A stretch of 64,000 bases of DNA from an uncultured Chloroflexia bacterium (GCA_963777975.1 CAVZSO010000009.1:193049-257048); one strand, 5' to 3'. Shown: positions 1 through 10,596, numbered from the stretch's first letter. Made by a program: numbers and translations. The notes: generated by a model from the sequence alone, not told the origin.

Positions 1-705
1 GTGGCGCTCGACGGGCGTGAAGTCCATGCCCAGGAAGTCGAACTCGACGTTCGCTCCGCGCCCGAGGATGGCTGCGTGGTACGCGGCGTCGGGATAGGAG
101 TCGGCGTGGCCGACGACGACACGAGCAGGATCGAGGCCCTCCTCCTCGAAGATCCGCAGCTGAGCTAGCCCGACATCCGACATCACGGCGTGGGTCGTGA
201 CCGACAGGCCCGTCCTGCGCGCCGCGCGCGCCGCCGCACGGTGGACGCGCTCCTCCTCGCCGGTCAGCCACGGCTTGTCGGTGCCGATCTCGCCGATGAT
301 GCCCGGCCGCACCCCGGAGCCGCGGACGCCGTCGCGGAACTCGCCGACGAGCTCGTCGGCCAGGTCGTCGACCGTGCGCTGCGCGATGCGCGCCTCGGCT
401 GGGTAGTAGGCCTGGCGGTACCAGCCGCAGCCCATCACGATGTGCAGGCCGCTCGCCGAAGCCAGCCGCGCGAGACGCGCTGGATCGCGCCCGATGGCAT
501 CGAGTGAGACGTCCACCAGGCCGCTGCCGCCGACCGCCGTGAAGCGGGCGAGCTCGGTCACCATGAGATCTTCGTCGCCGGTCAGCTGCCAGTAATCCCA
601 GCGGTTCGGGATCTGCCACAGGACGCAGCGGGTGTGCTCGTGCGGCAGGGTCACGCCGAGCGCCTCGGCCGGGACGCGCCCGAGAACGGTCTGGACCTCG
701 CCCAT
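1..705 (-). CDS. Phosphotriesterase-family (PHP/PTE) metallohydrolase, runs off the window edge
   Basis: Manual minus-strand translation from ATG at 705: MGEVQTVLGRVPAEALGVTLPHEH...GIIGEIGTD...LSVTTHA...VVVGHAD, matching PTE HxH and His motifs. Not in the ORF track because it is edge-truncated. Confidence 0.85.
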   Translation of the reverse strand, partial: MGEVQTVLGRVPAEALGVTLPHEHTRCVLWQIPNRWDYWQLTGDEDLMVTELARFTAVGGSGLVDVSLDAIGRDPARLARLASASGLHIVMGCGWYRQAYYPAEARIAQRTVDDLADELVGEFRDGVRGSGVRPGIIGEIGTDKPWLTGEEERVHRAAARAARRTGLSVTTHAVMSDVGLAQLRIFEEEGLDPARVVVGHADSYPDAAYHAAILGRGANVEFDFLGMDFTPVERH

Positions 706-713
706 CACGCCGG

Positions 714-790
714 CTCGCGCGTCAGGCGCTCGCGCATCGGCCCGCCTCGCACATCGAGCCCTCGCGCGTCGGGCGCTCGCGCATCAGGCG
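714..790. repeat. Intergenic tandem repeat, 5 imperfect copies of a ~15-bp unit (CTCGCGCRTCRGGCG)
   Basis: Units at 714-728, 729-745, 746-760, 761-775 and 776-790. The last overlaps the stop codon of the 784-1995 gene. Confidence 0.8.
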
Positions 791-1995
791 GCCCCGCTCA
801 CGAGGCGCCCGTCCTGGTAGACGGCCGTCACGCGCGCCGCCAGGTCGGCATAGTCGAAGGGGTCGCCACTGACGACGACAAGGTCGGCGCGTTTGCCTGG
901 CTCGATGGTGCCCTGGTCATCGCTCACGCCGACCAGCTCGGCGGCACTGCGGGTGGTCGCCAGCATCGCCTGCGATGGGCTCATGCCGCACTCGACCATG
1001 AGGGCCAGCTCGCGCAGGTTCTGACCGTGGGCTGTGACACCCGAGTCGGTACCCATGGCGACCTTGACACCAGCGTCGATCGCCCGCCGCACGGCGGCTC
1101 GGTGGATATCGATGACCTCGGTCGCCTTGCGAACGCTGGCCGCTGGGATGGCGGCGCCAGCGGCGACCGCATCGAGGACGCCCTGCGGCGCGAGCAGGGT
1201 CGGTACCAACCAGGTCCCGCGGTCGAGCATCATCTCGATGGCCTCGTCGTCGAGGAAGATGCCGTGCTCGATGCTGCGGATGCCGGCCCGCACGGCGGCC
1301 TTGATGCCCGGCGCCCCCTGCGCGTGCGCCATGACGGGGATGCCAGCGGCCGTCGCCTCCTCGACGAGGACCGCCAGCTCCGCGTCCCGGAAGTGGCCGT
1401 GGCGCGGGTCATCGCGGGGCGACAGGACACCGCCCGAGGTGCAGACCTTGATCTGATCGGCGCCGGCTCGGATGATCTCGCGCACCCGACGTCGCATCTC
1501 GTCGGGGCCGTTGACGATGCCCGATGGCATGCCCGGCCAGCTGAGCGGCGAGAAGTCGTAGCCGGATGGCAGCCAGCCGTCCGCGTGACCGCCGGACTGG
1601 GAGAGGATGGTCGTCGCGATGTGCAGGCGTGGCCCGGCGATCAGTCCGTCGGCGACTGCTGTCTTGACGCCCAGGTCGGCGAAGCCAGCATCGCGCACGG
1701 TCGTGATGCCACACGCCAGGGTCGCGCGCAGGTTCTCGATGGCCACGTAGAACCAGTACGAGAAGGGCGTCTCCAGCTCCCGGTTGGTGTCCAGCCGGTC
1801 GGGGCTGACGGTGACGTGGGTGTGGCAATCGAACATGCCGGGCAGGAGGGCACGTCCGTCGAGCTCGATCGCGTCGTCGCCATCCAGGCCCCGGCCGACA
1901 TCGACGATGCGACCGTCCTCGACGACCACGTCCGAGCCGGCGAGCGTGGCGCTGCCGTCGAAGACCCGCCCACCCCTGAAGATCGTCCGTGCCAT
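784..1995 (-). CDS. Metal-dependent amidohydrolase (Xaa-Pro dipeptidase-like)
   Basis: LLPGMFDCHTH, IKVCTSGG, MAHAQG, SIEHG, AMGTDSG, GKRADLVVV. Confidence 0.9.
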   Translation of the reverse strand: MARTIFRGGRVFDGSATLAGSDVVVEDGRIVDVGRGLDGDDAIELDGRALLPGMFDCHTHVTVSPDRLDTNRELETPFSYWFYVAIENLRATLACGITTVRDAGFADLGVKTAVADGLIAGPRLHIATTILSQSGGHADGWLPSGYDFSPLSWPGMPSGIVNGPDEMRRRVREIIRAGADQIKVCTSGGVLSPRDDPRHGHFRDAELAVLVEEATAAGIPVMAHAQGAPGIKAAVRAGIRSIEHGIFLDDEAIEMMLDRGTWLVPTLLAPQGVLDAVAAGAAIPAASVRKATEVIDIHRAAVRRAIDAGVKVAMGTDSGVTAHGQNLRELALMVECGMSPSQAMLATTRSAAELVGVSDDQGTIEPGKRADLVVVSGDPFDYADLAARVTAVYQDGRLVSGAA

Positions 1996-2116
1996 CGATC
2001 ACCTCCCACCGCGCATCTTCGCCGACCGGGAGCATCGGCGTGGCGTCAGCGCGCTCCGACCGTCGCGCTCGCACCGCCGACGCTGCTGCCTGTGACGTTC
2101 CGGTCGCCTCGTAGGC

Positions 2117-2749
2117 TCAGCCCCGACCCAGGTCCTCGATACGATCCACGTCACGGCGCCACGCGCCCTCCGGATCCACGCGTCGCCATGTCCGCTCGGG
2201 CACGATGACGGGCTCCAGCGCGGCGATCAGTGCCCGGAGGCTGCGCTGATCGGACGCCAGGTGGGTTCGAGCGGCCTCCGATGCCGGATAGCGACGCAGC
2301 ACCGCGGGCAGGGGTCGCGGTCGGTCGTGCTCGGCGAGCACGGCGGCGTCCGCCTCACGGATCGAGTCGATCAGCAGATGGAGCAAGGCCGGCGTCAGGT
2401 CGGGCTGGTCGCCGCCGACGACCAGCACGAGCTCCGAATGCGCAGCCTCGAGCCCGGCCACGAGCCCGGCCAGCGGCCCGGCGTCGGCCAGCACGTCGCG
2501 CACGACGCGGACGGGCACCTTCGCCTCCGTCGGCAGCGGCGGCTCACCGGTCGCGTCCTGCGCAACGACGACGATCACCTCGTCGCAGGACGTCGCCGCG
2601 GCAAGGACCGCATGATGGAAGAGCGGCCGACCACGCAGCTCGACTTGCAGCTTGTCGGATCCGCCGAAGCGTGAGGATCGCCCGCCGGCGAGCACGATGC
2701 CGACCAGGGTCGCAGACCGCGGCTCGGTCGATCCTGAGCGCTCGTCCAT
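2117..2749 (-). CDS. mobA: Molybdenum cofactor guanylyltransferase
   Basis: VLAGGRSSRFGGSDK, GPLAGL, GGDQP; lies next to the FDH genes. Confidence 0.85.
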   Translation of the reverse strand: MDERSGSTEPRSATLVGIVLAGGRSSRFGGSDKLQVELRGRPLFHHAVLAAATSCDEVIVVVAQDATGEPPLPTEAKVPVRVVRDVLADAGPLAGLVAGLEAAHSELVLVVGGDQPDLTPALLHLLIDSIREADAAVLAEHDRPRPLPAVLRRYPASEAARTHLASDQRSLRALIAALEPVIVPERTWRRVDPEGAWRRDVDRIEDLGRG

Positions 2750-2752
2750 GGC

Positions 2753-3727
2753 TCAGCGCCCCAGCGCGTCGAGGAGCCGGTCGATCGACTCGAGCGTGAA
2801 GAGCGTTGTGTCCAGCTCGTCGATCCGGTACGCCATCCGGGCGCGCTCCTCGTCGGTCGTGGATGCGATGCCAAGTCGAGCGTACGTGTCGGCGATATGG
2901 CTCTGCACGGCGATCGCCAGTGCGAACGACTCGCGCCCGAGGATGTCCGCCGGTCCGCCCGCCTCGTGGTAGACCCGCAGGAAGTCGCGCGCGGCCGCGG
3001 GCCCCCTGGCGAAGTCGAGCATCGCGTAGGCGAGCTCCTGTTCGTAGGGCGCAGGACCGGAATTCTCCCAGTCCAGGATGACCGGCAGGCCGGCGACATC
3101 GAGGAGCACGTTCTCGGGGTTGAAGTCGAGGTGGCAGCGGCGGAGCTCGGCGAGGGGCAAGCGGTCGAGACGAGCCTCGCGGACGATCGCCTCGGCGGCC
3201 TCCGCGCCCGGTGCCAGGCGCTCGAACGCCTCGAGCCATGGCGGTGCGCCCTCGCGCACCGCATCGACGAGCGAAGCCCAGCCCTCGGCGCCGATGGGCT
3301 CCGAGAACCAGGGGTCCATCGGCGTTGATGCCGGCCGGTCGAGGCACTGGAGGCGGGCGAGCAGGGCGGCCGCGATCCCTGGCGCCGGCGCGCGGCTCGG
3401 CGCGGCAAGATCGACCCACTCGTAGACCCGGAACGCGACCATCCCTCCACCGGGCCGCTCGAGCTCGAGGAGCACGTCGCCGCTGGGCCGCGTGATGGGC
3501 CGAGGCATCGGCAGGCCGGCCTCGAGCGCCGCTCGCTGGAATGCGACGTCGGCGCGGGCGTCCGCCTCGTCCAAGGGATAGAACAGCTCCTTGACCGCAT
3601 GCCGTCCTCGGTCGGTATCCACCCGCCAGACCCTGCCCATCTCGCCCCGCGCCACCGGCACCGCACGGTCCGTCGGTGCCCCGAGCGCGAACGCGCCAGC
3701 GAGCAGCCGCGCCTCGCGGTCGTTCAC
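2753..3727 (-). CDS. Aminoglycoside phosphotransferase/choline kinase-like phosphotransferase
   Basis: C-terminal part of the 2753-5080 ORF: RGEMGRVWR, AVKE, CHLDFNPENV, ILDWEN. GTG start at 3727. Confidence 0.8.
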   Translation of the reverse strand: MNDREARLLAGAFALGAPTDRAVPVARGEMGRVWRVDTDRGRHAVKELFYPLDEADARADVAFQRAALEAGLPMPRPITRPSGDVLLELERPGGGMVAFRVYEWVDLAAPSRAPAPGIAAALLARLQCLDRPASTPMDPWFSEPIGAEGWASLVDAVREGAPPWLEAFERLAPGAEAAEAIVREARLDRLPLAELRRCHLDFNPENVLLDVAGLPVILDWENSGPAPYEQELAYAMLDFARGPAAARDFLRVYHEAGGPADILGRESFALAIAVQSHIADTYARLGIASTTDEERARMAYRIDELDTTLFTLESIDRLLDALGR

Positions 3728-3818
3728 GTCGCAGTACCCACGCGGCGCCGCTCGTCGCGCGTCTGGATCGTCGCGACGAGACCCGGCGGCTCTCCTGCGA
3801 TGGCCTGGTCGAGCGTGC

Positions 3819-4265
3819 CTATGTCTCGTGGCCGAGCGCGGCCTTGATGGCCTCGGCCTGCCGGTCCAGCGTCTCACGTGTGGGCCGCTCGGCATCCCAC
3901 GCCGCGGCGTGGACACGGAAGCCGTCATCCGGCGTGCGCGGGATGACGTGGACGTGCAGGTGTGGGACCTCCTGGCCGGCCACCTCGCCGTCGGCCAGGA
4001 AGAGGTTGACGCCGTCCGCCTGGAAGCTGGACGTGCGGAGCGCGACCGCGATGCGGCGGGCGATGCGCATGACGTGGGCGAAGGTCTCGACGGGCGCGTC
4101 CGCAAGCGATGCGTGATGGCGGTTCGGGACCACCAGCAGGTGGCCCTGCGTGACCGGGTTGATGTCCAGGAAGGCGCTCGCCGTCGCGCCGCGATGGACG
4201 AAGCTGGCTGGCAACTCGTCGGCGACGATGCGACAGAGGATGCAGTCGGGGTCCGTGGCTGGCAT
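3819..4265 (-). CDS. HIT family nucleotide hydrolase
   Basis: DCILCRIV, AFLDINP, GHLLVVP, GQEVPHLHVHVIPR histidine triad. Confidence 0.92.
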   Translation of the reverse strand: MPATDPDCILCRIVADELPASFVHRGATASAFLDINPVTQGHLLVVPNRHHASLADAPVETFAHVMRIARRIAVALRTSSFQADGVNLFLADGEVAGQEVPHLHVHVIPRTPDDGFRVHAAAWDAERPTRETLDRQAEAIKAALGHET

Positions 4266-4269
4266 GGGT

Positions 4270-5259
4270 CTACTCCGGGCGCGGCCGCTCCTGCACGAAC
4301 TGGAAGCCGAAGCGGCCCTTGACGCACAGATGGCCATTGGTGGTCGAGACGTCGAGCGGCGAGGTGACCTTGACGATCTCGTTGTCCTGGACGTGGAGCG
4401 TCAACGTGCAGCCGACGCCGCAATAGGGGCAGATGGTGTCGGTCAGCGTCTGTGCCGAGGCATCCCATGTGCCCGCCGCGCGCATCTCGTGCTCGCTCCG
4501 GAACATGAGCGCCCCGGTCGGGCAGACCCCGATGCAGTTGCCGCAGTAGACGCACGCGGAATCGGGCAGGCCGACGTTCCACTCGGTCGAGATGCGGGCA
4601 TCGAAGCCACGGCCGGCGACGCCGATGGCGAACGTGTTCTGGGCATCGACCCCGCAGGCCTCGACGCACTTGTAGCAGAGGATGCACTTGGCGTAGTCCC
4701 GCACATAGAGCTCGTTGTCGACCTTGACTGGCTGCGCCACGGTGGCCGCCTGGTGGCCCTCGGGCGCCTCGTGCTCGCCGGCCAGGCGCGCGTCGCGCAC
4801 GCCGGCCGGGGCAGGCTCCGCCGGTGGGCCGAAGCGGTTCGGGTCGGCGCCGTAGCGCGCCATGTAGCCCTCGACCTCGGGAGCGGTCGACAGGTCGACC
4901 GACGAGCCGAGCAGCTCGAGCACGAGCTTGCGGCTGGTGCGCACGCGCTCGGAGTCGGTGGCGACCTTCATGCCCGCTTCGACCTTGCGCGAGCACGCCG
5001 GCGCCAGGACGCGCGCACCTTCGAGCTCGACGACGCAGACGCGGCAGACGTTGACCGGCGTCAGGTTCTCGAGATAGCACAGGGTCGGCGTCTCGATGCC
5101 CTCGGCGCGACAGGCGTCGAGGATGGTCGAGCCCTCTGGCGCGGTGACCGCCCGGCCGTCGATCTCGAGCTCGATCGGAGCCGGCGCGGGCCGCTCTGGC
5201 GCCGATGGGACGGTCGTCGGACGCGGGGCCGGATGGAACCAGATCGGGTCGGCGGTCAT
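4270..5259 (-). CDS. FDH iron-sulfur subunit (2Fe-2S, 2x4Fe-4S, plus C-terminal Mo-enzyme 4Fe-4S motif; FdsA/NuoG N-terminal-like)
   Basis: PTLC...CRVC...AC, CILCYKCVEAC, CVYCGNCIGVCP, CPYCGVGC...LCVKGRFG. Confidence 0.88.
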   Translation of the reverse strand: MTADPIWFHPAPRPTTVPSAPERPAPAPIELEIDGRAVTAPEGSTILDACRAEGIETPTLCYLENLTPVNVCRVCVVELEGARVLAPACSRKVEAGMKVATDSERVRTSRKLVLELLGSSVDLSTAPEVEGYMARYGADPNRFGPPAEPAPAGVRDARLAGEHEAPEGHQAATVAQPVKVDNELYVRDYAKCILCYKCVEACGVDAQNTFAIGVAGRGFDARISTEWNVGLPDSACVYCGNCIGVCPTGALMFRSEHEMRAAGTWDASAQTLTDTICPYCGVGCTLTLHVQDNEIVKVTSPLDVSTTNGHLCVKGRFGFQFVQERPRPE

Positions 5260-5272
5260 GGTCGGGCGTCTC

Positions 5273-7174
5273 TCATCGGGCGACCGCCGCGAACGCATCG
5301 AGGTTCTTGAAGGCGCTGCCGATGGCCGCCGCGGCCGTCTGACCGAGGCCGCAGATGGACGCGTCGCGCATCGCCTGGGCGATCTCGTTGAAGAGGTGCA
5401 TCTCGTCGTCGCGCGTGCCGTTCAGGCGATCGACCGCCAGCCGGTGCAGGAGCTCCTCCTGGCGGACCGTGCCCACGCGGCAGGGCACGCACTGGCCACA
5501 CGATTCGTCGCGGAAGAAGCGAGCGATGCGAAGCAGGATGGCGGGCAGATCCACGGTCTCGTCGAAGACCATGATGACCCCGGAGCCAAGCGTCGCGCCT
5601 GCCGCCCGGGTGCCTTCGAACGTCAGCGACATGTCCAGCGCGTCCGGGCCGACGAAGACGCCGGCCGCGCCGCCGAGCAGGATGGCCTGGATGGTGTGAT
5701 CGCCCGCCACGCCGCCGGCGAGGGCGATGAGCTCGCCCAGTGATGCCCCGAAGTCGACTTCGTAGAGCCCGGGCCGCGCGACGTTGCCGGAGACGCAGAA
5801 GAGCTTGGGTCCGGTCGAGCCATCCGTGCCGATGCGCGCGAACGCTTCGCCGCCGTCCCGCAGGATGAGCGGCACGTTGGCCAGCGTCTCGACATTGTTG
5901 ACGACCGTCGGCTTGCCGAAGAGCCCGACCTGGACCGGGAAGGGCGGCTTGTTGCGCGGCTCGCCGCGCTTGCCTTCGATGCTGTTGAAGAGCGCCGTCT
6001 CCTCGCCGCAGATGTAGGCGCCGGCACCACGGCGGATCTCGACCTCGAAGGTGAAGCCGGAGCCGAGGATGTCCTGGCCCAGCAGACCGGCAGCCGTGGC
6101 GTGTTCGATGGCGCGCGCCATGGTCGCCTCCGCGTCCGGATACTCGCCCCGGACGTAGAGGTAGCCATGCTCGCAGTCGGCGGCCAGGGCAGCGATGGAC
6201 ATGCCCTCGAGCACGGCGAAGGGATCGAGCTCCATGACCACGCGATCCTTGAACGTGCCCGGCTCCGACTCGTCGGCATTGCAGACCAGATAGTGCGGTC
6301 GGGCGGACTGCTCGGCGACGGCCGCCCACTTGCGCCCGGTCGGGAAGGCCGCTCCGCCGCGCCCGACGAGCTTGGCGGCGAGGACCTCGTCGACGACCGC
6401 CTTGGCACCCATCGCCAGGGCCCGCTCGAGGCCGACGTAGCCGCCCGAGGCTCGATACGCGGCAAGGTCCGTCGCGTCGGTCGCCCCGATGCGGGTCAGC
6501 AAACGGAGCGATGAACCGCCAGCCTGGGGAACGCTCCGCGCCGGGTCTACCGCCCCGCTCCGTGCGAGGTGAGCGATCTGCACCCTCGTCGCCGATGGCC
6601 AGACGTTCCATCACCCTCGGCCGCGACGCCACGGGCGACCTCGGCACGGATCGCTTCCGCGTCGATGGCAGCCAGCGGTCCATGCGTCGGGATCGACGCC
6701 GGCGCTGGAGACCAGTGCGGCCGGCGCCTGTTCGCAGAGGCCGAGGCAGGGGCTACGGAGCCAGGTCGCCGAGCCGTCGGCATTCGGGGTGCCAGCAGGC
6801 CCGAGCGTCCCCTCCAGGTCCTCGCAGACCCGGCCGGCGCCGCGGGCGAGGCAGGCGATGTCGTCGCACACGTGGACGACGCGCGGTGGCCGTGGCTTGA
6901 GCGAGAGCAGGGCGTAGAAGCTGGCCACGCCGTAGGCCTCGGCGGGCGGCACGCTCAGTCGGCGGCAGATCTCGTTGAGCGCCGGCTGGCTGATCCAGCC
7001 GACCCGCGACTGGACGGCGTGGAGCGCCGGCAGCAGGAGGTGGCGCCGATCGCGCGCCGCGTGACCTCCCCTGGCGCCGTGGCCATCGAAACCTGGCTCG
7101 CGCGGACCGGTGACCGACTCGATCGCGGCCCGCTCGACGGGAGAGGCCAGCGGGCCGATGACGTGGAGATCCAT
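5273..7174 (-). CDS. NuoE-NuoF fused diaphorase subunit of NAD-dependent formate dehydrogenase (frameshifted in the linker at ~6590-6680)
   Basis: NuoE part (VCDDIAC, PCLGLC) in the 6611-7288 ORF from ATG 7174. NuoF part (GRGGAAFPTG, NADESEPGTFKD, YICGEET, SCGQCVPCR, SICGLG) in 5273-6583. The linker passes through a third frame. Confidence 0.82.
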
Positions 7175-7223
7175 CGCCGCCGAGTGTAGCGAGGAGTCGT
7201 CGAGGTGATCTGCGACTCCGCGT

Positions 7224-7616
7224 TCAGGCCTCGGCGATGACCGCGATGGAGATGCGCAGGCCGTCGATCTCCAGCGGATGCTTGGCACCCTGGCGGGCCG
7301 GTGGGTCGGTCGGGAACCAGTTCAGCCACTCCTCGTTCATGCCCGCGAAGTCGTTGGAGTAGCGCAGGATGAATGAGGCGCTGACGACCTTGGACATCGA
7401 GCTGCCCGCCGCGCGCAGGATGGCGTCGACGTTCTTGAGCACCTGGCGCGTCTGCTCTTCGATGGTCGAGCCCACGACGGCACCCGTGGCTGGATCGAAG
7501 GGTCCCTGGCCGGACACGAAGACGAGGCCGGCCGCCTTGACGGCCTGGCTGTAGGGGAAGCTGCCGTACGCGGCCGCGCCCGGCGCATCGGGCGTGTCGA
7601 CGATCTCACGGGTCAT
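7224..7616 (-). CDS. RidA/YjgF family protein
   Basis: PYSQAV, VFVSGQ, FAGMNEEW, PPAR. Confidence 0.9.
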   Translation of the reverse strand: MTREIVDTPDAPGAAAYGSFPYSQAVKAAGLVFVSGQGPFDPATGAVVGSTIEEQTRQVLKNVDAILRAAGSSMSKVVSASFILRYSNDFAGMNEEWLNWFPTDPPARQGAKHPLEIDGLRISIAVIAEA

Positions 7617-7761
7617 GGTGCAGTCCTCCGACGACCGCGTCGGCGTCGATCGACGCGGGAGGTCGCGGCCCGACCCGATGCTACCCGCGGAACCGCTGCC
7701 GCCGCGTTCCGGCAGTCGATCGACGGTCGGTGGGAGGCGATCTGCCGCCCGACCGCTGGGC

Positions 7762-8535
7762 TCAGACCAGACCGCGGACGAACCAGGCTCGAGCGCTCAG
7801 GGTGAACGGCCCCGTCGGCGAGCCGAGGCGACGGAAGACGACCGCACCCAGTGCCGCGCGCTGATCGTCGTCGAGTGACGCGGCATACGCGCCCGAAGGA
7901 CCGGGCGCGTGTGGGAACGGCAACCAGAAGTCATCGAAATCGACGTAGTCGGCGCTGACCACGAGCTGGCCGGTCGTCACCTCGCGCAGGCCCGACGCCT
8001 CCCATAGGCCCTGCAGCGCGCCACGCGAGGCGAACGGCATCGTCTTGGCCTCGTCGGGGGCATCGGGATCGAGCTCCAGCGCGGCGTCGAAGAACGCCCT
8101 GAGCATCGTCATCCCATCCGCATAGTCCCAGACGCAGCCGGCCACGGCCCGCCGAGCGACGCGCCGCATCTCCGACACGCCCTGATGGGCGTCGGTCATG
8201 AAGTTGACGACGAGCTGGCTCATGACCACGTCGAAGGCGTCGTCGTCGAAGGGCAGCTGCTCGGCCGCGGCCCGTTGCAGCACGGCGCCCGGCACGGCCT
8301 GCCGGGCGATCTCGAGGAACGGCTCGGAGGGATCGACGCCGGCCACCTGCTCAGGACCGAGGCGACTGGCCAGCTCGCCGAGCAACGCGCCCGACCCGCA
8401 TCCGACGTCGAGCGCGGTCTCGCCGGCCACCACCCCGACGGCGTCGCAGAAGGCCGCCGCCAGCGCGGGCGTGTAACGGCCGACGACGCGGCCGTAGCCG
8501 GCGACCCTGGCCTCGAAGCTCGCCCGACCGCTCAT
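7762..8535 (-). CDS. Class I SAM-dependent methyltransferase
   Basis: ALDVGCGSG, GVDPS, AEQLPFDDDAFD. Confidence 0.9.
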   Translation of the reverse strand: MSGRASFEARVAGYGRVVGRYTPALAAAFCDAVGVVAGETALDVGCGSGALLGELASRLGPEQVAGVDPSEPFLEIARQAVPGAVLQRAAAEQLPFDDDAFDVVMSQLVVNFMTDAHQGVSEMRRVARRAVAGCVWDYADGMTMLRAFFDAALELDPDAPDEAKTMPFASRGALQGLWEASGLREVTTGQLVVSADYVDFDDFWLPFPHAPGPSGAYAASLDDDQRAALGAVVFRRLGSPTGPFTLSARAWFVRGLV

Positions 8536-8548
8536 CCTCGATGCAGGT

Positions 8549-10465
8549 TCAATCTGCCCGGTCGTCGAGCCGCTCGATGCGGATGGCGGTGGCCTTGAAC
8601 TCGGCCGTGCCCGAGCGAGGGTCCGTGGCGTCGATCGTCAGCACGTTGGTCGTCACCTCGTCCGGGAAGTGCAGGGTCATGAAGGCAAGGCCCGGGCGCA
8701 GCCGGTCGTCGGCCAGGACCGCGACCTCGATGGCGCCGCGCCGGGACCGGACGCGGACGCGCTGACCGTCCCGCAGCCCGTAGCTGGCCATATCCTCGGG
8801 CGCCAGCTCGAGCGCCTCGCCCCGGCGGAGCGGTGATCGGTAGCCGCCGGACTGGACGCCGGTGTTGTACGAGTCGAGCCGTCGACCGGTGGTCAGCCGG
8901 ATGGGGAACTCGTCATCGAGCTTGTCGACTGGTGGATCGTGATCGACGAGGCTGAACGGCGCCCGCGGGCCGACACAGGGGTCCTCCCAGAGTCGACTGT
9001 GCAGGAAGAGCTCGCCCGGATGCTGCTCGTCGTAGCACGGCCACTGAAGCCCACCCTCGGCCTCGAGTCGCGCGTAGCTCATGCCGGCGTGCATGGGCGA
9101 TAGGGAACGAACCTCGTTCCAGACATCTTCGGCGGTCGGGTGACCCCAATCGACGCCCATGGCACGAGCGAGGTCGACGATGATGTCCACGTCGTCGCGG
9201 GCCTCGCCCGGTGGCGTGAGCGCGCGCCGGACCCGCTGGACGCGTCGTTCCGAGTTGGTGACCGTGCCTTCGGACTCGGCCCACATCGCGCTGGCCGGGA
9301 AGACGACGTCCGCGATCTGCGCCGTTCGGGTCAGGAAGATGTCCTGGACGACGATCGTGTCGAGGCCCTCGAGCCGCTTCCGGGTCAGGTGATGGTCGGC
9401 CTCCGACTGCATCGGGTTCTCGCCCACGACATAGAGGGCGGTCAGCTCGCCCCTGTCCATCGCCTCGAACATGCCGGACAGGTGCAGGCCGCGCTTGGGC
9501 GGGACCTTGACCCCCCAGGCGACTTCGCACTTGGCCCGGAGCTCGTCGTTCTCGACGTGCTGGAAGCCGAGCAGCCGATCGGGCAGCGCGCCCATGTCGC
9601 CGCCGCCCTGGACGTTGTTCTGGCCACGCAATGGGTTGAGACCGCTCCCGTAGCGGCCGACGTGGCCGGTCAGCAGGGCGAGGTTGATGAGCGCGACCAC
9701 GTTGTCGACGGCGTTGTGATGCTCGGTGATGCCCAGCGTCCAGCAGATCATCGCCCGGTCCGCCTTGGCGTAGGAATGGGCCGCCTCGCGGATGAGCTCG
9801 ATGGGCACGCCGGTCTCGCGCTGGGCGTATTCGAGCGTGTACGGCTCGACGTGGGCCTTGAAGGCCTCGAAGTCGGTCGTCGCCCGCTCGATGAACTCGC
9901 GGTGATGCAGCCCGGCGGCGATGATCTCGCGCGCCATGGCGTTGGCCAGCGCGATGTCCGAGCCGACGTCGAGCCCCAGCCAGCCGTCGGCCCACTCCGC
10001 GCTCGTCGTGCGGCGCGGGTCCACCACATAGAGGCGCGCGCCCCGATTGACCCCCTTCAGGAGATGGTGGAAGAAGATCGGGTGGGTCTCGCGGGCGTTG
10101 CTGCCCCAGAGGAGGACGTTATCCGTCTCCTCGATCTCCTGGTATGAGCTGGTGCCGCCCCCGGCCCCGAAGATGGTCGCCAGACCGGCGACGCTCGGAG
10201 CGTGTCAGGTCCGGTTACAGCTGTCGATATTGTTGCTGCCGACCACGACGCGGGCGAACTTCTGGGTCATGAAGTTCAGCTCGTTGGTCGCCTTCGAGCA
10301 GCTGAAGAGCCCGAACGTCGTCGGCCCATGGGCGTCGATCGCGGCCCGGAAGCCCCTGGCGGCCCGGTCGAGCGCCTCGTCCCAGCTGGCTGGGCGAAGC
10401 TGGCCGGTCTGCCGGTCCCCGTCGCGCACGAGCGGCTGCGTCAGCCGGACGTAGGACTTTGCCAT
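8549..10465 (-). CDS. fdhF: Selenocysteine-containing formate dehydrogenase molybdopterin (catalytic) subunit, 638 aa, Sec87
   Basis: From ATG 10465 (RBS GAAGGGAG): MAKSYVRLTQP...NNIDSCNRT-UGA(10207-10205)-HAPSVAGL, continuing in frame into the 8549-10027 ORF (LRGQNNVQG, LTTGR, TAEFK). The UGA occupies the Mo-ligand Cys/Sec position. Confidence 0.93.
10176..10192 (-). promoter_or_regulatory. Bacterial SECIS element
   Basis: mRNA hairpin GUCGCC-GGUCU-GGCGAC starting 12 nt 3' of the UGA; resembles the E. coli fdhF SECIS in spacing and apical GGUCU. Confidence 0.85.
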
Positions 10466-10596
10466 GCACGCTCCCTTCGATGCGTGGACTGGCTGGACGC
10501 CCTCACGTCGAGGGTGGCGCGAGTGTAGCGCCGCCTGCGCGCGATGCGCGCCGAGCGGTCCTTGGGAGGCCGCGAACGATCGGAAGGGCAGCGCGC

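Noticed and set aside
714-790. CRISPR array
   Set aside because: The units are only about 15 bp, adjacent without spacers, and there are no cas genes.
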